DNA of 64,000 nucleotides from Candidatus Bathyarchaeota archaeon (GTDB lineage Archaea; Thermoproteota; Bathyarchaeia; Bathyarchaeales; DTEX01): positions 3,797 to 67,796 of the forward strand of contig JAGTQE010000004.1 of the NCBI GenBank assembly GCA_018396635.1, given 5' to 3'. Each line of letters begins with the position of its first letter. The stretch's first letter is position 1. This document shows positions 46,701 to 56,082 of this stretch, piece after piece. The notes under the pieces were generated by a model. It was not told the origin of the DNA. It did no database searches and saw only the letters and a program-made list of their open reading frames with translations. The position numbers and the translations under genes were made by a program.

Positions 46701-47078
46701 GGCTCTCTCAATGGCATCGATCGATGTCCCTAAGACTTTTACGCCATACTTCTCTAGGACGCCCATCTTAGCCAGCTGAACACCGCAGTTGAGGGCAGTC
46801 TGCCCGCCGAATCCAAGCATTATACCATCGGGCCGCTCCCTTTCAATAATTTTCTCAACGTATTCTGGGATCACTGGCAGCAAGTAGACTTTACCAGCTA
46901 AACGTGGATCCGTTTGGATCGTCGCTATATTTGGGTTAACTAAGACAGTCTCTATGCCTTCCTCTCTCAGCGCCTTGAGGCACTGGCTTCCCGAATAGTC
47001 GAATTCTGCCGCCTCACCGATCTTTATAGCACCGCTGCCCAATATTAGGACTTTCCGCACCCACTCAAACTTCGGCAT
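43797..47078 (-). CDS. carB: Carbamoyl-phosphate synthase large subunit
   Basis: 1093 aa. Duplicated ATP-grasp halves (MPKFEWVRKVLILGSGAIKIGEAAEFDYSGSQ... and ...KVIVLGAGVFRIGSSVEFDWS...) plus an MGS-like C-terminal domain. Confidence 0.95.
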   Translation of the reverse strand: MPKFEWVRKVLILGSGAIKIGEAAEFDYSGSQCLKALREEGIETVLVNPNIATIQTDPRLAGKVYLLPVIPEYVEKIIERERPDGIMLGFGGQTALNCGVQLAKMGVLEKYGVKVLGTSIDAIERASNRELFRQTMLNAGVPVPRSKSATSVEEAVQAAEEIGYPVMIRVAYTLGGKGTGVARNRRELIEIVSRGLTHSMIRQVLVEEYIGHWKEVEYEVMRDYKDNCITVCNMENFDPMGVHTGDSIVVAPSQTLTNREYHILRSASIRAVQALGVVGECNIQWALHPSSEEFRAIEVNPRMSRSSALASKATGYPLAYIAAKLAIGYTLPELINKVTGITTACFEPALDYIVVKIPRWDLKKFRNADRHIGTQMKSVGEVMAIGRTFEEALQKAVRMLDIGKVGLVANADDDEPEPLEAIKDCLRNPTDERLFKIVKAIKMGMPIREIYRLSGIDPWFLYKIKNIIDMEKMLKKLRIDEVDAPEVIREAKRLGFSDAQIARCMGLSEEDIRRFRKKHGIIPVVKQIDTLAAEWPAKTNYLYMTYNGDEDDIKFDTGKRKVIVLGAGVFRIGSSVEFDWSCVNTVWALKKHGVDEAIVVNYNPETVSTDYDISDKLYFEELTLERILDIYEKEKPLGVIVSVGGQIPNNLALKLSRAGANIIGTSSDSIDTAEDRSKFSALLDKLGIPQPKWSRLTTIEEAERFAEEIGYPVLVRPSYVLSGEAMRVAYSREELRDYLELAAKVSKEHPVVISKFIEGAKEVEVDGVSDGEDVLIGAVIEHVEQAGVHSGDAVMCIPPQSLSSDVIKKIEDYSRMIAKALKIKGPFNIQFLVKNGEVSVIECNLRASRSLPYVSKSRGVNLIEVSTAIMFGKTLREMGLLELPPIPYVSVKVPQFSFMRLSGADPVLGVEMMSTGEAACIGENFADALLKALQAVEFTFPNDNGAVLITVGGEEMKRKIIPLAKSLNDLGFKIYATEHTADALRKAGLKDITVLYKVSEYSRKPNIMDYILQRKIDLVINIPAANPNGELADILRDEYIIRRLAVEYNIPIVTTLELASAITKVLKYRRKNEVIIRSLNEYMDSLPLKFWGQ

Positions 47079-47084
47079 AATCCA

Positions 47085-48242
47085 TCACCCGGCCCTCTCA
47101 GCCCTTTTAAGGAACTCATCAAAGAGAAATTCTGTGTCATATGGCCCTGGGGATGCTTCGGGGTGCCATTGGACGGCGAATGACGGCCCATTCTTGAACT
47201 TTACGCCCTCAACGGTTTTGTCGTTAGCGTTTATGAACCAGCACTTTAATCTAGTCTTTTCGAGAGATTCAGCTCTAACAGCGTAGCCGTGGTTTTGTAT
47301 TGTTATGTAGCAGCGTCCCGTCTCAAGATCGTAGGCCGGCTGATTCTGGGATCTATGACCATACTTCAGCTTATATGTATCGCCCCCCATTGCCAGCGAG
47401 AGAATTTGGTTGCCTAGACATATGCCCATAATAGGCACGCTCTCCTCGGCTAGGGTCCTAACAGCTTCTATGGTTACAACGCATTTCTTTGGGTCTCCAG
47501 GCCCATTGCTTATTAGAACCCCATTCGGCTTATATTCCAAGATCTCTTCAGCTGAAAAGTTATACGGGACTCTTATAACGTCTACGCGGCGCTTAAGTAG
47601 GCACCTTATTATTCCGGCCTTCACACCGCAGTCTATCAGCACGATCCTGATTCCACCGCCAAGACTATAGTAAATTGGCTCTTTAATAGTGACCTCGCCG
47701 ACTAGGTCACGTTCATTGGGATCTGGAACGCTCTTAACCTCCTCTAGAAGCCTATCTATGTTCGGCTCCTCACCCTCCTCGCAAACCTGAAGTATGCCAA
47801 GCATGACTCCCTTCTCACGGAGCTTCTTAGTCAGACGCCTAGTGTCTATGCCGTATATTCCAGGAACCCCCTCGCTCCTAAGCCACTCATCTAGCGTCCT
47901 TCTAGAAGCCCAGTGGTAGGGCTTTTCACATAGCTCTTGAATCACGAGCCCAGTAACCTTGATCCCCACAGACTCAAAGCTCAGTGGGACTCCGAGTTCA
48001 TCTTGATCGTAGGCTGGGACGCCGTAATTTCCAATGAGCGGATATGTTAAAGTTAGTATCTGCCCATAATATGATGGATCTGTTAAGGATTCGGGATAGC
48101 CAACCATACCCGTTGAGAAGACAACCTCACCCGAAACCTTCCTCACAGCCCCAAAACCCTTACCGATGAAGAATGACCCATCCTCAAGAACTAGAACCGC
48201 CTTACCGGCCTTCGCTCTTTCAGGGGTCTTTTTGCGCTTCAA
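47085..48242 (-). CDS. carA: Carbamoyl-phosphate synthase small (glutaminase) subunit
   Basis: ...AVLVLEDGSFFIGKGFGA..., ...LTDPSY.GQILTLTYPLIGNYG..., and the catalytic ...GICLGNQ...HGY...VQWHPE.... The track start 48365 lies inside argH. In-frame TTG 48242 is proposed, but the start is uncertain. Confidence 0.88.
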   Translation of the reverse strand: MKRKKTPERAKAGKAVLVLEDGSFFIGKGFGAVRKVSGEVVFSTGMVGYPESLTDPSYYGQILTLTYPLIGNYGVPAYDQDELGVPLSFESVGIKVTGLVIQELCEKPYHWASRRTLDEWLRSEGVPGIYGIDTRRLTKKLREKGVMLGILQVCEEGEEPNIDRLLEEVKSVPDPNERDLVGEVTIKEPIYYSLGGGIRIVLIDCGVKAGIIRCLLKRRVDVIRVPYNFSAEEILEYKPNGVLISNGPGDPKKCVVTIEAVRTLAEESVPIMGICLGNQILSLAMGGDTYKLKYGHRSQNQPAYDLETGRCYITIQNHGYAVRAESLEKTRLKCWFINANDKTVEGVKFKNGPSFAVQWHPEASPGPYDTEFLFDEFLKRAERAG

Positions 48243-48276
48243 TGAACCCTTCCTCAGAAGAGGTGAAAACGGAAAT

Positions 48277-49785
48277 TTAAACTTTATGGTACTGAGAATT
48301 TGAGTATAACGCTTGTGCAGCGTATTGTCTAGATATTTCATTGAGTGTGTTAAGTGCTTTCTCAACGTGCCTTCTCAACGATGACACAAAGTCTCTATGC
48401 TTGTTGAGCAGATCTCTCCTCGCCGAAATCATCCTCTCAACTTCCCCCTTAGAGGGCCCTCCCCTAGCATTATGGGACTCCACAAAACACGTGGGGTTGA
48501 TAGCCCTCCTCAGCTCCTCATCTGGGATATATATTGGCGTGCCGAGGACTTCCATCGTAATTTTTGCCAGCATATCTGGCGTGGCATCTGAAAGGGTCTT
48601 CCCATCATCTATGAGAGTCTTCACTAATGCCCCAACGATCCTATGTGATAGTCTAAATGGAACACCATATTTCCTTGTTAATATGTTTGCGAGCTCCGTT
48701 GCAGTTAAAAAGCTTAGAGCCGGCTTCTTTATGGCTTCAGCTTTAACCCTTATGTTTTGTATTAGGTCTGAAAGTATCTCTAATGATTTGCGCATTATGT
48801 CGCATGCGTCCCAGAGCTTGGGTGTAGCCTCCTGAAAGTCTAGGTTGTATGTTGATGGAAGCCCCTTTAGAATTGCTGAGGCCGCCATGAAGTCGCCTAT
48901 AATTGAGCCTGCCCTAGCCCTCATAACCTCAAGAACCTCGGGGTTCTTCTTCTGCGGCATTATACTACTCGTTGAAGTATACTCGTCTGGAAGATCTATA
49001 AGGCCAAACTCCATGGAGGCCCATAAAATTAAATCTTCAGCCAAACGGCTTACATCAACCGCCATGATCGATAGTGCCGCCAAGCTCTCAAGTAAGAAAT
49101 CTCTCGAGCTAACAGCGTCAATCGAGTTCTCAACAATGCCGCTGAAGCCAAGTAGCTCGGCAACCCTCTCCCGGCTAATCGGGAAGCTTGTCGTCGCTAG
49201 GGCTCCGGCGCCCATTGGACATAGGTTAACCCTGTTATAGGCGTCGAGCAGCCTATTTAGGCTTCTCCCAAAGATATCGAATTGAGCCAGCAGATAATGG
49301 GCGAGGGTTGTCGGCTGAGCTGGCTGTAGGTGCGTGTATCCCGGAATTATGGACTCCATATTCTTTTCAGCTAGGCTGAGAAGTGCTTCCTGAAGGCTGA
49401 TAATTAGCTCCATTATGCCAATTAGCTCCTCTCTTAAAGCCATCCTTATAGCCGTTGCAACTTGATCATTACGGCTCTTCGCCAAGTTAAGATTCCCGCC
49501 AATCTCCATCCCCACCCTCCTTATAACCTCCTCTTCGACGAGCATGTGGGCGTCCTCGATATCAGGCCTAAGGATCAGCTTGTTCTCTAAGTCGATTAGA
49601 GCCCCGAGGATCTTTGAGCCTTCTTCAGCGCGGATTATCCTATTCTCCATAAGCATTATTGAATGTGCCTTATTAATGCTCACAATATGCTTGATTATTC
49701 TAGTATCATGCTTGATTGATGAGGTGAACTCGATAATCTCCCTCTTAAACCCTGAAAGCCTACCGCCCCTTAGCAGCTCAGACAT
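48277..49785 (-). CDS. argH: Argininosuccinate lyase
   Basis: ...SRNDQVATA..., ...GYTHLQPAQPTT..., ...GSSIMPQKKNPEVLE... (fumarate-lyase signature). ATG 49785 lies 7 nt after the argG stop. The track start 49893 overlaps argG. Confidence 0.93.
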   Translation of the reverse strand: MSELLRGGRLSGFKREIIEFTSSIKHDTRIIKHIVSINKAHSIMLMENRIIRAEEGSKILGALIDLENKLILRPDIEDAHMLVEEEVIRRVGMEIGGNLNLAKSRNDQVATAIRMALREELIGIMELIISLQEALLSLAEKNMESIIPGYTHLQPAQPTTLAHYLLAQFDIFGRSLNRLLDAYNRVNLCPMGAGALATTSFPISRERVAELLGFSGIVENSIDAVSSRDFLLESLAALSIMAVDVSRLAEDLILWASMEFGLIDLPDEYTSTSSIMPQKKNPEVLEVMRARAGSIIGDFMAASAILKGLPSTYNLDFQEATPKLWDACDIMRKSLEILSDLIQNIRVKAEAIKKPALSFLTATELANILTRKYGVPFRLSHRIVGALVKTLIDDGKTLSDATPDMLAKITMEVLGTPIYIPDEELRRAINPTCFVESHNARGGPSKGEVERMISARRDLLNKHRDFVSSLRRHVEKALNTLNEISRQYAAQALYSNSQYHKV

Positions 49786-49792
49786 CAGCCCT

Positions 49793-51022
49793 TCAATCCT
49801 TCCTAGCCCTCTTAAGAGCTCTGGCAACCCTGGTTGGCAAACCCCAGAGCTCGATGAAGCCGGCTGAGGAGGATTGATCGAATGTCGTATCAATATTATA
49901 TGTGGCTAAATGTATGTCATATAGCGAGTTTGGTGAGGAGCGACCGACAACCTGCGCATTACCCTTAAAGAGCTTAACTCTAACCTCACCACTAACCCTC
50001 TCCTGAGTCTTATTGATGAAGGCATCTAAATCCTCCTTCAGCGGATCCATCCATAATCCAGCGTATACCAGGTAAGCCCATTCGGCATCAATATGCTGTT
50101 TAAAGAGAACTTCATGTCTTGTGAGAACAATCTTCTCAAGGTCTTTATGCGCCTCTATGAGCACCGTTGCCGCTGGGCACTCGTATACTTCCCGTGACTT
50201 TATTCCAACTAGGCGGTCCTCGATGTGGTCTATTCGCCCAACCCCATGTTTACCCGCAATATTATTGAGACTTTCAATTAGCTCGACTGGCTCCATGCTC
50301 CTTCCATTCAGGGCGACCGGAACCCCACACTCAAATTCTATGCTTAAATACTCTGGCTTATCGGGTGCCTTTTCAGGTGGAACAGTCCACTCGAATGCAT
50401 CTTCAGGCGGCTCCTTCTCCGGATACTCGAGCACACCGCATTCTATTGAGCGCCCCCACAGGTTCTGGTCTACGCTATATGGCTTGCCCCTATCGACCGG
50501 GATTGGTATACCGTGCTTCTTCGCAAATTCTATCTCGGCATCTCTAGTTAGGTTCCATTCTCTAATGGGTGCGATAACCTTTAGGTTTGGGTTTAATGCC
50601 TTAACCGAGACCTCTATGCGTACTTGATCGTTGCCCTTACCTGTGCAGCCATGCGCAACGGCATCCGCATTCTCCTTCTCAGCAACCTCGGCGAGCTTTG
50701 AAGCTATTAATGGTCTTGATAGGGCTGTGCTGACGGGATATTTCCCCTCATATAGGGCGTTGGCTTTAATCGCTGGGAAAACATATTCTCTTGCGAATTC
50801 ATCCTTTGCGTCAATTGAGTAATGTCTCAAAACGCCAAGCTTATAGGCTTTCTCCTCAATAGCCTTCAGATCCTCCTTTTGGCCAACATCCAGCGTTACA
50901 GTTATAACCTCTGCATCATACTTCTGCTGAAGCCACTTTATGAGCACAGATGTGTCTAAGCCGCCTGAGTAGGCTAGGACTATTCTCTTCACCAACTTAA
51001 GATCCTCCGAGCACTCAACCAT
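49793..51022 (-). CDS. argG: Argininosuccinate synthase
   Basis: ...VLAYSGGLDTSV..., ...AHGCTGKGNDQVR..., ...YSVDQNLWGRS.... Confidence 0.95.
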   Translation of the reverse strand: MVECSEDLKLVKRIVLAYSGGLDTSVLIKWLQQKYDAEVITVTLDVGQKEDLKAIEEKAYKLGVLRHYSIDAKDEFAREYVFPAIKANALYEGKYPVSTALSRPLIASKLAEVAEKENADAVAHGCTGKGNDQVRIEVSVKALNPNLKVIAPIREWNLTRDAEIEFAKKHGIPIPVDRGKPYSVDQNLWGRSIECGVLEYPEKEPPEDAFEWTVPPEKAPDKPEYLSIEFECGVPVALNGRSMEPVELIESLNNIAGKHGVGRIDHIEDRLVGIKSREVYECPAATVLIEAHKDLEKIVLTRHEVLFKQHIDAEWAYLVYAGLWMDPLKEDLDAFINKTQERVSGEVRVKLFKGNAQVVGRSSPNSLYDIHLATYNIDTTFDQSSSAGFIELWGLPTRVARALKRARKD

Positions 51023-51092
51023 GAAAGAAGGTAAGGGTTAAATATGTTTTTTGACTGAAAAGATGACTTAAATATGTTATAAGTGACCAAAA

Positions 51093-51782
51093 TTGGTCGA
51101 ATTATCTCTAGCTAAGACTGTTCAGTACCTAATTGAGAATGATCCGCCAATACAGGATGCCATTGAGAGAGGTTACGCCAACTTAAGTGCTATCGCCCGC
51201 CTATTGAAGCCGAAAGCTGAGGAGATATTGGGGAAAAGGGTCACGCTGGAGGGCATGATAACCTCCGTTAAGCGTGCTAAGGTAAAGTTTAAGCCGTTAA
51301 AGGAGCAGTTGAAGATTATAGCGGATAGCATTATAACCATTAGGACGAGCCTAGCGAAAATATCCCTTGAAAAGACTAGAAGAAACCTTGAGAGAGCTAG
51401 ATTAATATCAGCGGAATTTCCAGAAGCCTTTTTCCAGGTCCTTGAAGGCGCAACAACACTAACATTAATAACCGATCAGAGAATCTTTAACAGTGTTCGC
51501 ATGAGACTTGAAAGCTCCGAGATACTTGAGGAGAAAAAGGATTTAGCAGCCATAATAATCCAGAGCCCAAAAGAAATAGTTGATACGCCCGGTTGCATAT
51601 CTATGTTCTATAATGCTATATCTAGGAGAGGAATAAATATTGAGGAGACGATAAGCTGCTACACTGAAACTGTAATAGTCGTTAAGATGGAAGATTCGAC
51701 AAGAGTTTATAGCATACTTGCCGATTTAATATCAAAATGCCAGAAAAACCTGAGTTTTTCAAATACTAGGATGCTACGATAA
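51093..51782 (+). CDS. ACT-domain-containing predicted regulator of amino-acid metabolism (COG2150-like)
   Basis: 229 aa. The C-terminal ...PGCISMFYNAISRRGINIEETISCYTETVIVVKMED... has an ACT-like beta-alpha-beta-beta-alpha-beta pattern. It is divergent from the arg operon. TTG start. Confidence 0.5.
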   Translation: MVELSLAKTVQYLIENDPPIQDAIERGYANLSAIARLLKPKAEEILGKRVTLEGMITSVKRAKVKFKPLKEQLKIIADSIITIRTSLAKISLEKTRRNLERARLISAEFPEAFFQVLEGATTLTLITDQRIFNSVRMRLESSEILEEKKDLAAIIIQSPKEIVDTPGCISMFYNAISRRGINIEETISCYTETVIVVKMEDSTRVYSILADLISKCQKNLSFSNTRMLR

Positions 51783-51830
51783 TGGCTCAAAAGATTTTAA
51801 GATCGCACCTATCAATAGTCGGCTAATCAA

Positions 51831-52820
51831 CTAATTCTCGCCACTTAGAATTCTTCTAAGATAGCTCTTAAATGATTCGAGGAGGAGTTTAACATCTTTG
51901 GATTTAGTGCGTCTTCTAAATTCTTTAAACATGAATGCTATTAATCCTGGACGTGAAACAGCCTCTAAGATCGCTAGGAGCTTCAGTGCCGCCATCTTCC
52001 TATAAAACTGAAAGTCTGTGATAATCCCTCCATACTTCTCATAAGATTCTATGAAGGCATCAGATAGTTTCCCATCGGTTCTTCCAGACATTTTATCGTT
52101 AAAGTCTAGAAGATTGAAGATATATGCTACGTCAAATGTGGGCTCCGCCGCATCTGCGCTCTCCCAGTCGATTATGTAGGCTTTGCCATCACTATAAATT
52201 ATGTTGTCGAAGCTGTAGTCGCCATGCGTCAGCTTCAACCCAGATTTAACGAATACACCTTCAAGATCTCTTGCATAATTAAAAAGATCCACGAAAACCG
52301 CCGGTTTTCCTAAGGTTGTTAGCATTGATATGAAAGCTAATGCTTTGGTTTTCTTTAAATCGCACAGGGGATAATCCTTCTCAGTCTCTATTACGTCTCT
52401 AATCTCGCTTAGAGCCACGCTATGAATTTTAGTTAACGATTCGGCCGCCGCATCAACGAGCATATATTCATTCATTATGAGATCTTGCCGAATTTTTTCC
52501 ATAATTATAAACGGTTTACCCAAAACATCCCTGTCTATGTTAGAAGCGTAAACCTTAGGTACAGGCACCCCTCTCTTATACAATACGTTTAAAATCTTAG
52601 ATTCTTTAAGGGCCTCTTTATCTCCATGTTGATAGACTTTAAGGATAAATTCTTTAGTGAAGCCATCGTCAATCTCAATCTTGAGGAGGTATATCGTATT
52701 ACTTAGCCCTTGCTTCTCATAAAGTTTTAAATCCAAAACTTTAACATGATTCGTGGTCTTTTCAAAATCAATTGAGTTTAAGTAATCTTGCAATTTAAAG
52801 AGCTGCTTTGAGCTGAGCAT
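51831..52820 (-). CDS. Aminoglycoside-phosphotransferase / choline-kinase-family small-molecule kinase
   Basis: Brenner motif LTHGDYSFDNIIY and metal-binding IIDWESA. Confidence 0.75.
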   Translation of the reverse strand: MLSSKQLFKLQDYLNSIDFEKTTNHVKVLDLKLYEKQGLSNTIYLLKIEIDDGFTKEFILKVYQHGDKEALKESKILNVLYKRGVPVPKVYASNIDRDVLGKPFIIMEKIRQDLIMNEYMLVDAAAESLTKIHSVALSEIRDVIETEKDYPLCDLKKTKALAFISMLTTLGKPAVFVDLFNYARDLEGVFVKSGLKLTHGDYSFDNIIYSDGKAYIIDWESADAAEPTFDVAYIFNLLDFNDKMSGRTDGKLSDAFIESYEKYGGIITDFQFYRKMAALKLLAILEAVSRPGLIAFMFKEFRRRTKSKDVKLLLESFKSYLRRILSGEN

Positions 52821-52942
52821 TTTTGGTCCTCAATCATAAAAACTGCATTATTTTGCTTGATTTATGAAGTGTCTCGGGAAAACTGAGGCCTTAAGCACAA
52901 CGATCCAATCATCTCCTCTCATTCGTTAATCACGTTCTGAAC

Positions 52943-53788
52943 CTATCCGTTAGATAAGAAGAACTCAAGAAATTTTCTGCCATTAATTAGGCCGTCTTCT
53001 GGGCTGAAGAATGGATCTTCATGCTCTATGCTGAGCACGTAGTCGTAGCCTACTTCCTTAAGAGCAGTAATATATGAGCGCCAGTTTATCCCACCCCAAC
53101 CCGGTATCCGGTATCTCCACCAGCCCCTACCTAAAACACCAACATATCTTAGCTTAAAGGGTAGTATCTCAGTGTCTTTTGCATGCGTGTGATGGATTCT
53201 GTCGCCGAACCTGTGGACGGCTTCAATATAATCTATCTGCTGCCAGAAGAGATGTGATGGATCAAAGTTTAAGCCTAAAGTTTTATCCGGGATACTCTCA
53301 AAGGCGGCTTGGAAGTGATCTAAACCTTGAAGATTTGTTGCGTACCAGTTTTCCAACGCTATTTTCACGCCGTGCTCTTTAGCGGCGTCAACGATTGGGC
53401 TAAATACTTTCGGAAAATCCTCTCTTAGAGTCTGCATCTTATCCTTGCCTTTAACTGGGCCGCCAGCTAAGGTGCAAACTACGTTTACGTCGAGGAGTGA
53501 GGCGGCTTCGATAACCTTTAGCAGATACTTTTGCTCATTTTCATCTTCAAGTATCCTTATGCTGTAAAATGCTAAGCTCGATATTTTCAGGTCTCTGTTA
53601 GAGAATAGGCGCTTAACATCGCCAGCTCCACCAGCTAATACTCTATCGATGTCTATCTGCTTTAAGGCTGGCGAGACTAAGACCTCCAGACCCTTAAATC
53701 TATTTACTGAAGCCCAATCAACTATCTTCTCAAGACTCCAGCCCCTTAGAGGCGCTGTAAGGAAGCCTATGAACATATATCTCACCAA
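52943..53788 (-). CDS. Sugar-phosphate isomerase/epimerase (xylose-isomerase-like TIM barrel, AP endonuclease 2 family)
   Basis: ...IALENW..., ...GLNFDPSHLF..., ...HTHAKD..., ...LSIEHED.... Confidence 0.75.
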   Translation of the reverse strand: MVRYMFIGFLTAPLRGWSLEKIVDWASVNRFKGLEVLVSPALKQIDIDRVLAGGAGDVKRLFSNRDLKISSLAFYSIRILEDENEQKYLLKVIEAASLLDVNVVCTLAGGPVKGKDKMQTLREDFPKVFSPIVDAAKEHGVKIALENWYATNLQGLDHFQAAFESIPDKTLGLNFDPSHLFWQQIDYIEAVHRFGDRIHHTHAKDTEILPFKLRYVGVLGRGWWRYRIPGWGGINWRSYITALKEVGYDYVLSIEHEDPFFSPEDGLINGRKFLEFFLSNG

Positions 53789-53856
53789 TTAATCTCAAGT
53801 AGCTAAGGATGATATAACGCTTTAGCGTAGACGAGAATTGAATGCTCAATCTAATT

Positions 53857-54462
53857 TTACAGTTGTAAGTCTGCCTTAATCTTTCCAACGAGCATTATTA
53901 CGCTCCTAATATCATCCTTTAGGCGCGCATTATACAGGGCCGCTGCAGGATGATAGGATGGGATTATATATGTCTTCGCTTCCCAAAACTCCACAGTAAA
54001 TACTTTGCCTTGAACATCACTTATGGATTTAAACGGCACACCGGCCTTAGAAAAAATATATGCTGTAGAGTGCCTGCCGAGCGTCACGATGACTCTCGGC
54101 CTAATTATATCCAGCTGCCTATCTAGGTAAACCCTGCACGCATCGACCTCATCTGGGTGTGGATCCCTATTACCCGGCGGCCTACATTTAATAACGTTAG
54201 TTATATAGATGCTCTCCCTCGGTAAGTCAGCTTCCCTGAGAAGTTCGTTGAGCAGCTTTCCCGCTGAGCCTACGAAGGGTTTCCCAGCAACGTCCTCCCA
54301 GTAACCCGGAGCCTCACCAATTAGGACTATTTTAGCGTTTATGTCTCCATCTCCTACAACTGGGTTTTTGCGCTTCTTTGAGAGTATGCATCTATTACAT
54401 TTACTTATCTCCTCAGCCAGCTGCCTGAAGGCCTCAAGCTTAAAGGATTGATCATTATTCAT
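53857..54462 (-). CDS. udg: Family 4 uracil-DNA glycosylase (Fe-S type)
   Basis: CNRCILSKKRKNPVVGDGDINAKIVLIGEAPGYWEDVAGKPFVGSAGKLL... and ...HPAAALYN.... Confidence 0.88.
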   Translation of the reverse strand: MNNDQSFKLEAFRQLAEEISKCNRCILSKKRKNPVVGDGDINAKIVLIGEAPGYWEDVAGKPFVGSAGKLLNELLREADLPRESIYITNVIKCRPPGNRDPHPDEVDACRVYLDRQLDIIRPRVIVTLGRHSTAYIFSKAGVPFKSISDVQGKVFTVEFWEAKTYIIPSYHPAAALYNARLKDDIRSVIMLVGKIKADLQL

Positions 54463-54492
54463 GGTTCATCAGCCCATAATTGCTGGCTGCGG

Positions 54493-56064
54493 CTACACCT
54501 CTATGAACAGTATATTGCTATTAATTAGATTCAAGAAGATCTTTGTGATGAACGCTGAGTAAGCTGAGGAGCCCAATAGCATCGCTATGTCTAAGGCTAT
54601 ACTCGGGCTGAAGATGTAGGGTAACATGGCTAAAATATATACTGGTAATAGGAGGAGCGATGTGATCAGCATCGAGAGCCAACCAATGAGGAATGAAGGA
54701 GATCCGGTTCGCCTACCCCTGAGAAACTTAACTGCGAAATATAGGTTTACTGAGCAACCTATTAAGGATGTTGAGATTAAGATCACTAATGCCTGAATTA
54801 TATTGATTTTAAGCGCTATTGATACTGGAAGTATTATCGCCAGGGGGATTGTTATCGACACTATTACGAAGCCATAGAACGTTGCCCTGGCGATTAAGCG
54901 GAGATCCGCTCCTGATGAGATTGGTAGCCAGAGATTCTTCGCCTCCAGTATCCTCCAATTGCTCGCCAACATCACCGGTATTATTATTGAGTATGTGCCG
55001 AGGAGGATGAGTAGAGGAGAGGGAATAGAGCCAGCTCCATCCATCTGTCGGAATCCCCCGGCGATGAAGATTAAGGAGATTACCGCATACATCAGGGTTA
55101 TTGTGAATAGGCTTCCCTCACGCGCCAGTCTAGCAACCTCCTTCTTCACTAAGAAGCTTAGCAGGGATTCTGATTCAAGGTTTAGGCGAATAGGTATTCT
55201 CATCCTATAGAAGAATCGGATGTTGCTCTCCATCTTAAACGCCTGGGTCCTTGCAGAGGCGTCGAAAGGCGATACCAATGGGACTTGGGTTGTGAATGGG
55301 AAGAAATTCCTCTTAGACATTATGGAGAAGAAGGCTAATGAAGCTAGAAAGAAGAGCACAAGCCCTAAGAGGTCAATGAGCGGGATTCCATTTAGGATTA
55401 CATAGATTAGGGTTCTTGCGAGGAGGGATGATGGATATGGTAATATACTGTACTTGATTGGTAATGGCATAAATATGCTGGTTGCAGGAAACATTAAGAT
55501 GAAGGCGGATATGAGCATCAAGGCGTTGATCCATACTCCGCCGTATAGGGCTTTTACTAGAGAGAGGGATGTTTTTAAGAGGATGGCGGATAGGGCGAAG
55601 AGGATGGAAGATATGAGGATAACGGCTGCTTGAGGCGGTGGGAGGCTGAGTAAGGAAACTATAAGGGCACATAACATGAAGAGTGGGAATGCAAAGATAA
55701 GTAAGTAAGTCAGGTTCACGAGGAGGCTAGCCGCAAGAAACTCAGATGGGCGTAGCGGTGATGTAAAAACGATGTTCTGCTCATACTCGAAGACTGTGAC
55801 GCCCCTAAGAGAAAATAGTATTGCCGCTACTACTATAACGCTGGCCGCAGCCGACAGAATATCCACAAATAATTCGGCATCAGCGCCACCCTGTCTCAGG
55901 GAACTCAAAGCGCTAGTAACAGTAAATGAGAGGCCAATCGTTCCCGGAAGAAAGCTAAAGATGTAAACAGCCAGCAGGATTATATTAGCCTTAGACGCCC
56001 TAATTGCTCCAAAAAATACCTTAACTTTAAGGGCATATAAGCTTAATATCATGCCTAGTCTCAT
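54493..56064 (-). CDS. Polytopic (12 or more TM) membrane protein, putative permease partner of the adjacent ABC-2-type ATPase
   Basis: 523 aa and almost entirely hydrophobic helices. It starts 18 nt downstream of the ATPase stop. I recognise no specific family motif. Confidence 0.5.
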   Translation of the reverse strand: MRLGMILSLYALKVKVFFGAIRASKANIILLAVYIFSFLPGTIGLSFTVTSALSSLRQGGADAELFVDILSAAASVIVVAAILFSLRGVTVFEYEQNIVFTSPLRPSEFLAASLLVNLTYLLIFAFPLFMLCALIVSLLSLPPPQAAVILISSILFALSAILLKTSLSLVKALYGGVWINALMLISAFILMFPATSIFMPLPIKYSILPYPSSLLARTLIYVILNGIPLIDLLGLVLFFLASLAFFSIMSKRNFFPFTTQVPLVSPFDASARTQAFKMESNIRFFYRMRIPIRLNLESESLLSFLVKKEVARLAREGSLFTITLMYAVISLIFIAGGFRQMDGAGSIPSPLLILLGTYSIIIPVMLASNWRILEAKNLWLPISSGADLRLIARATFYGFVIVSITIPLAIILPVSIALKINIIQALVILISTSLIGCSVNLYFAVKFLRGRRTGSPSFLIGWLSMLITSLLLLPVYILAMLPYIFSPSIALDIAMLLGSSAYSAFITKIFLNLINSNILFIEV

Positions 56065-56082
56065 GCATCATCCGCTCCGCTT

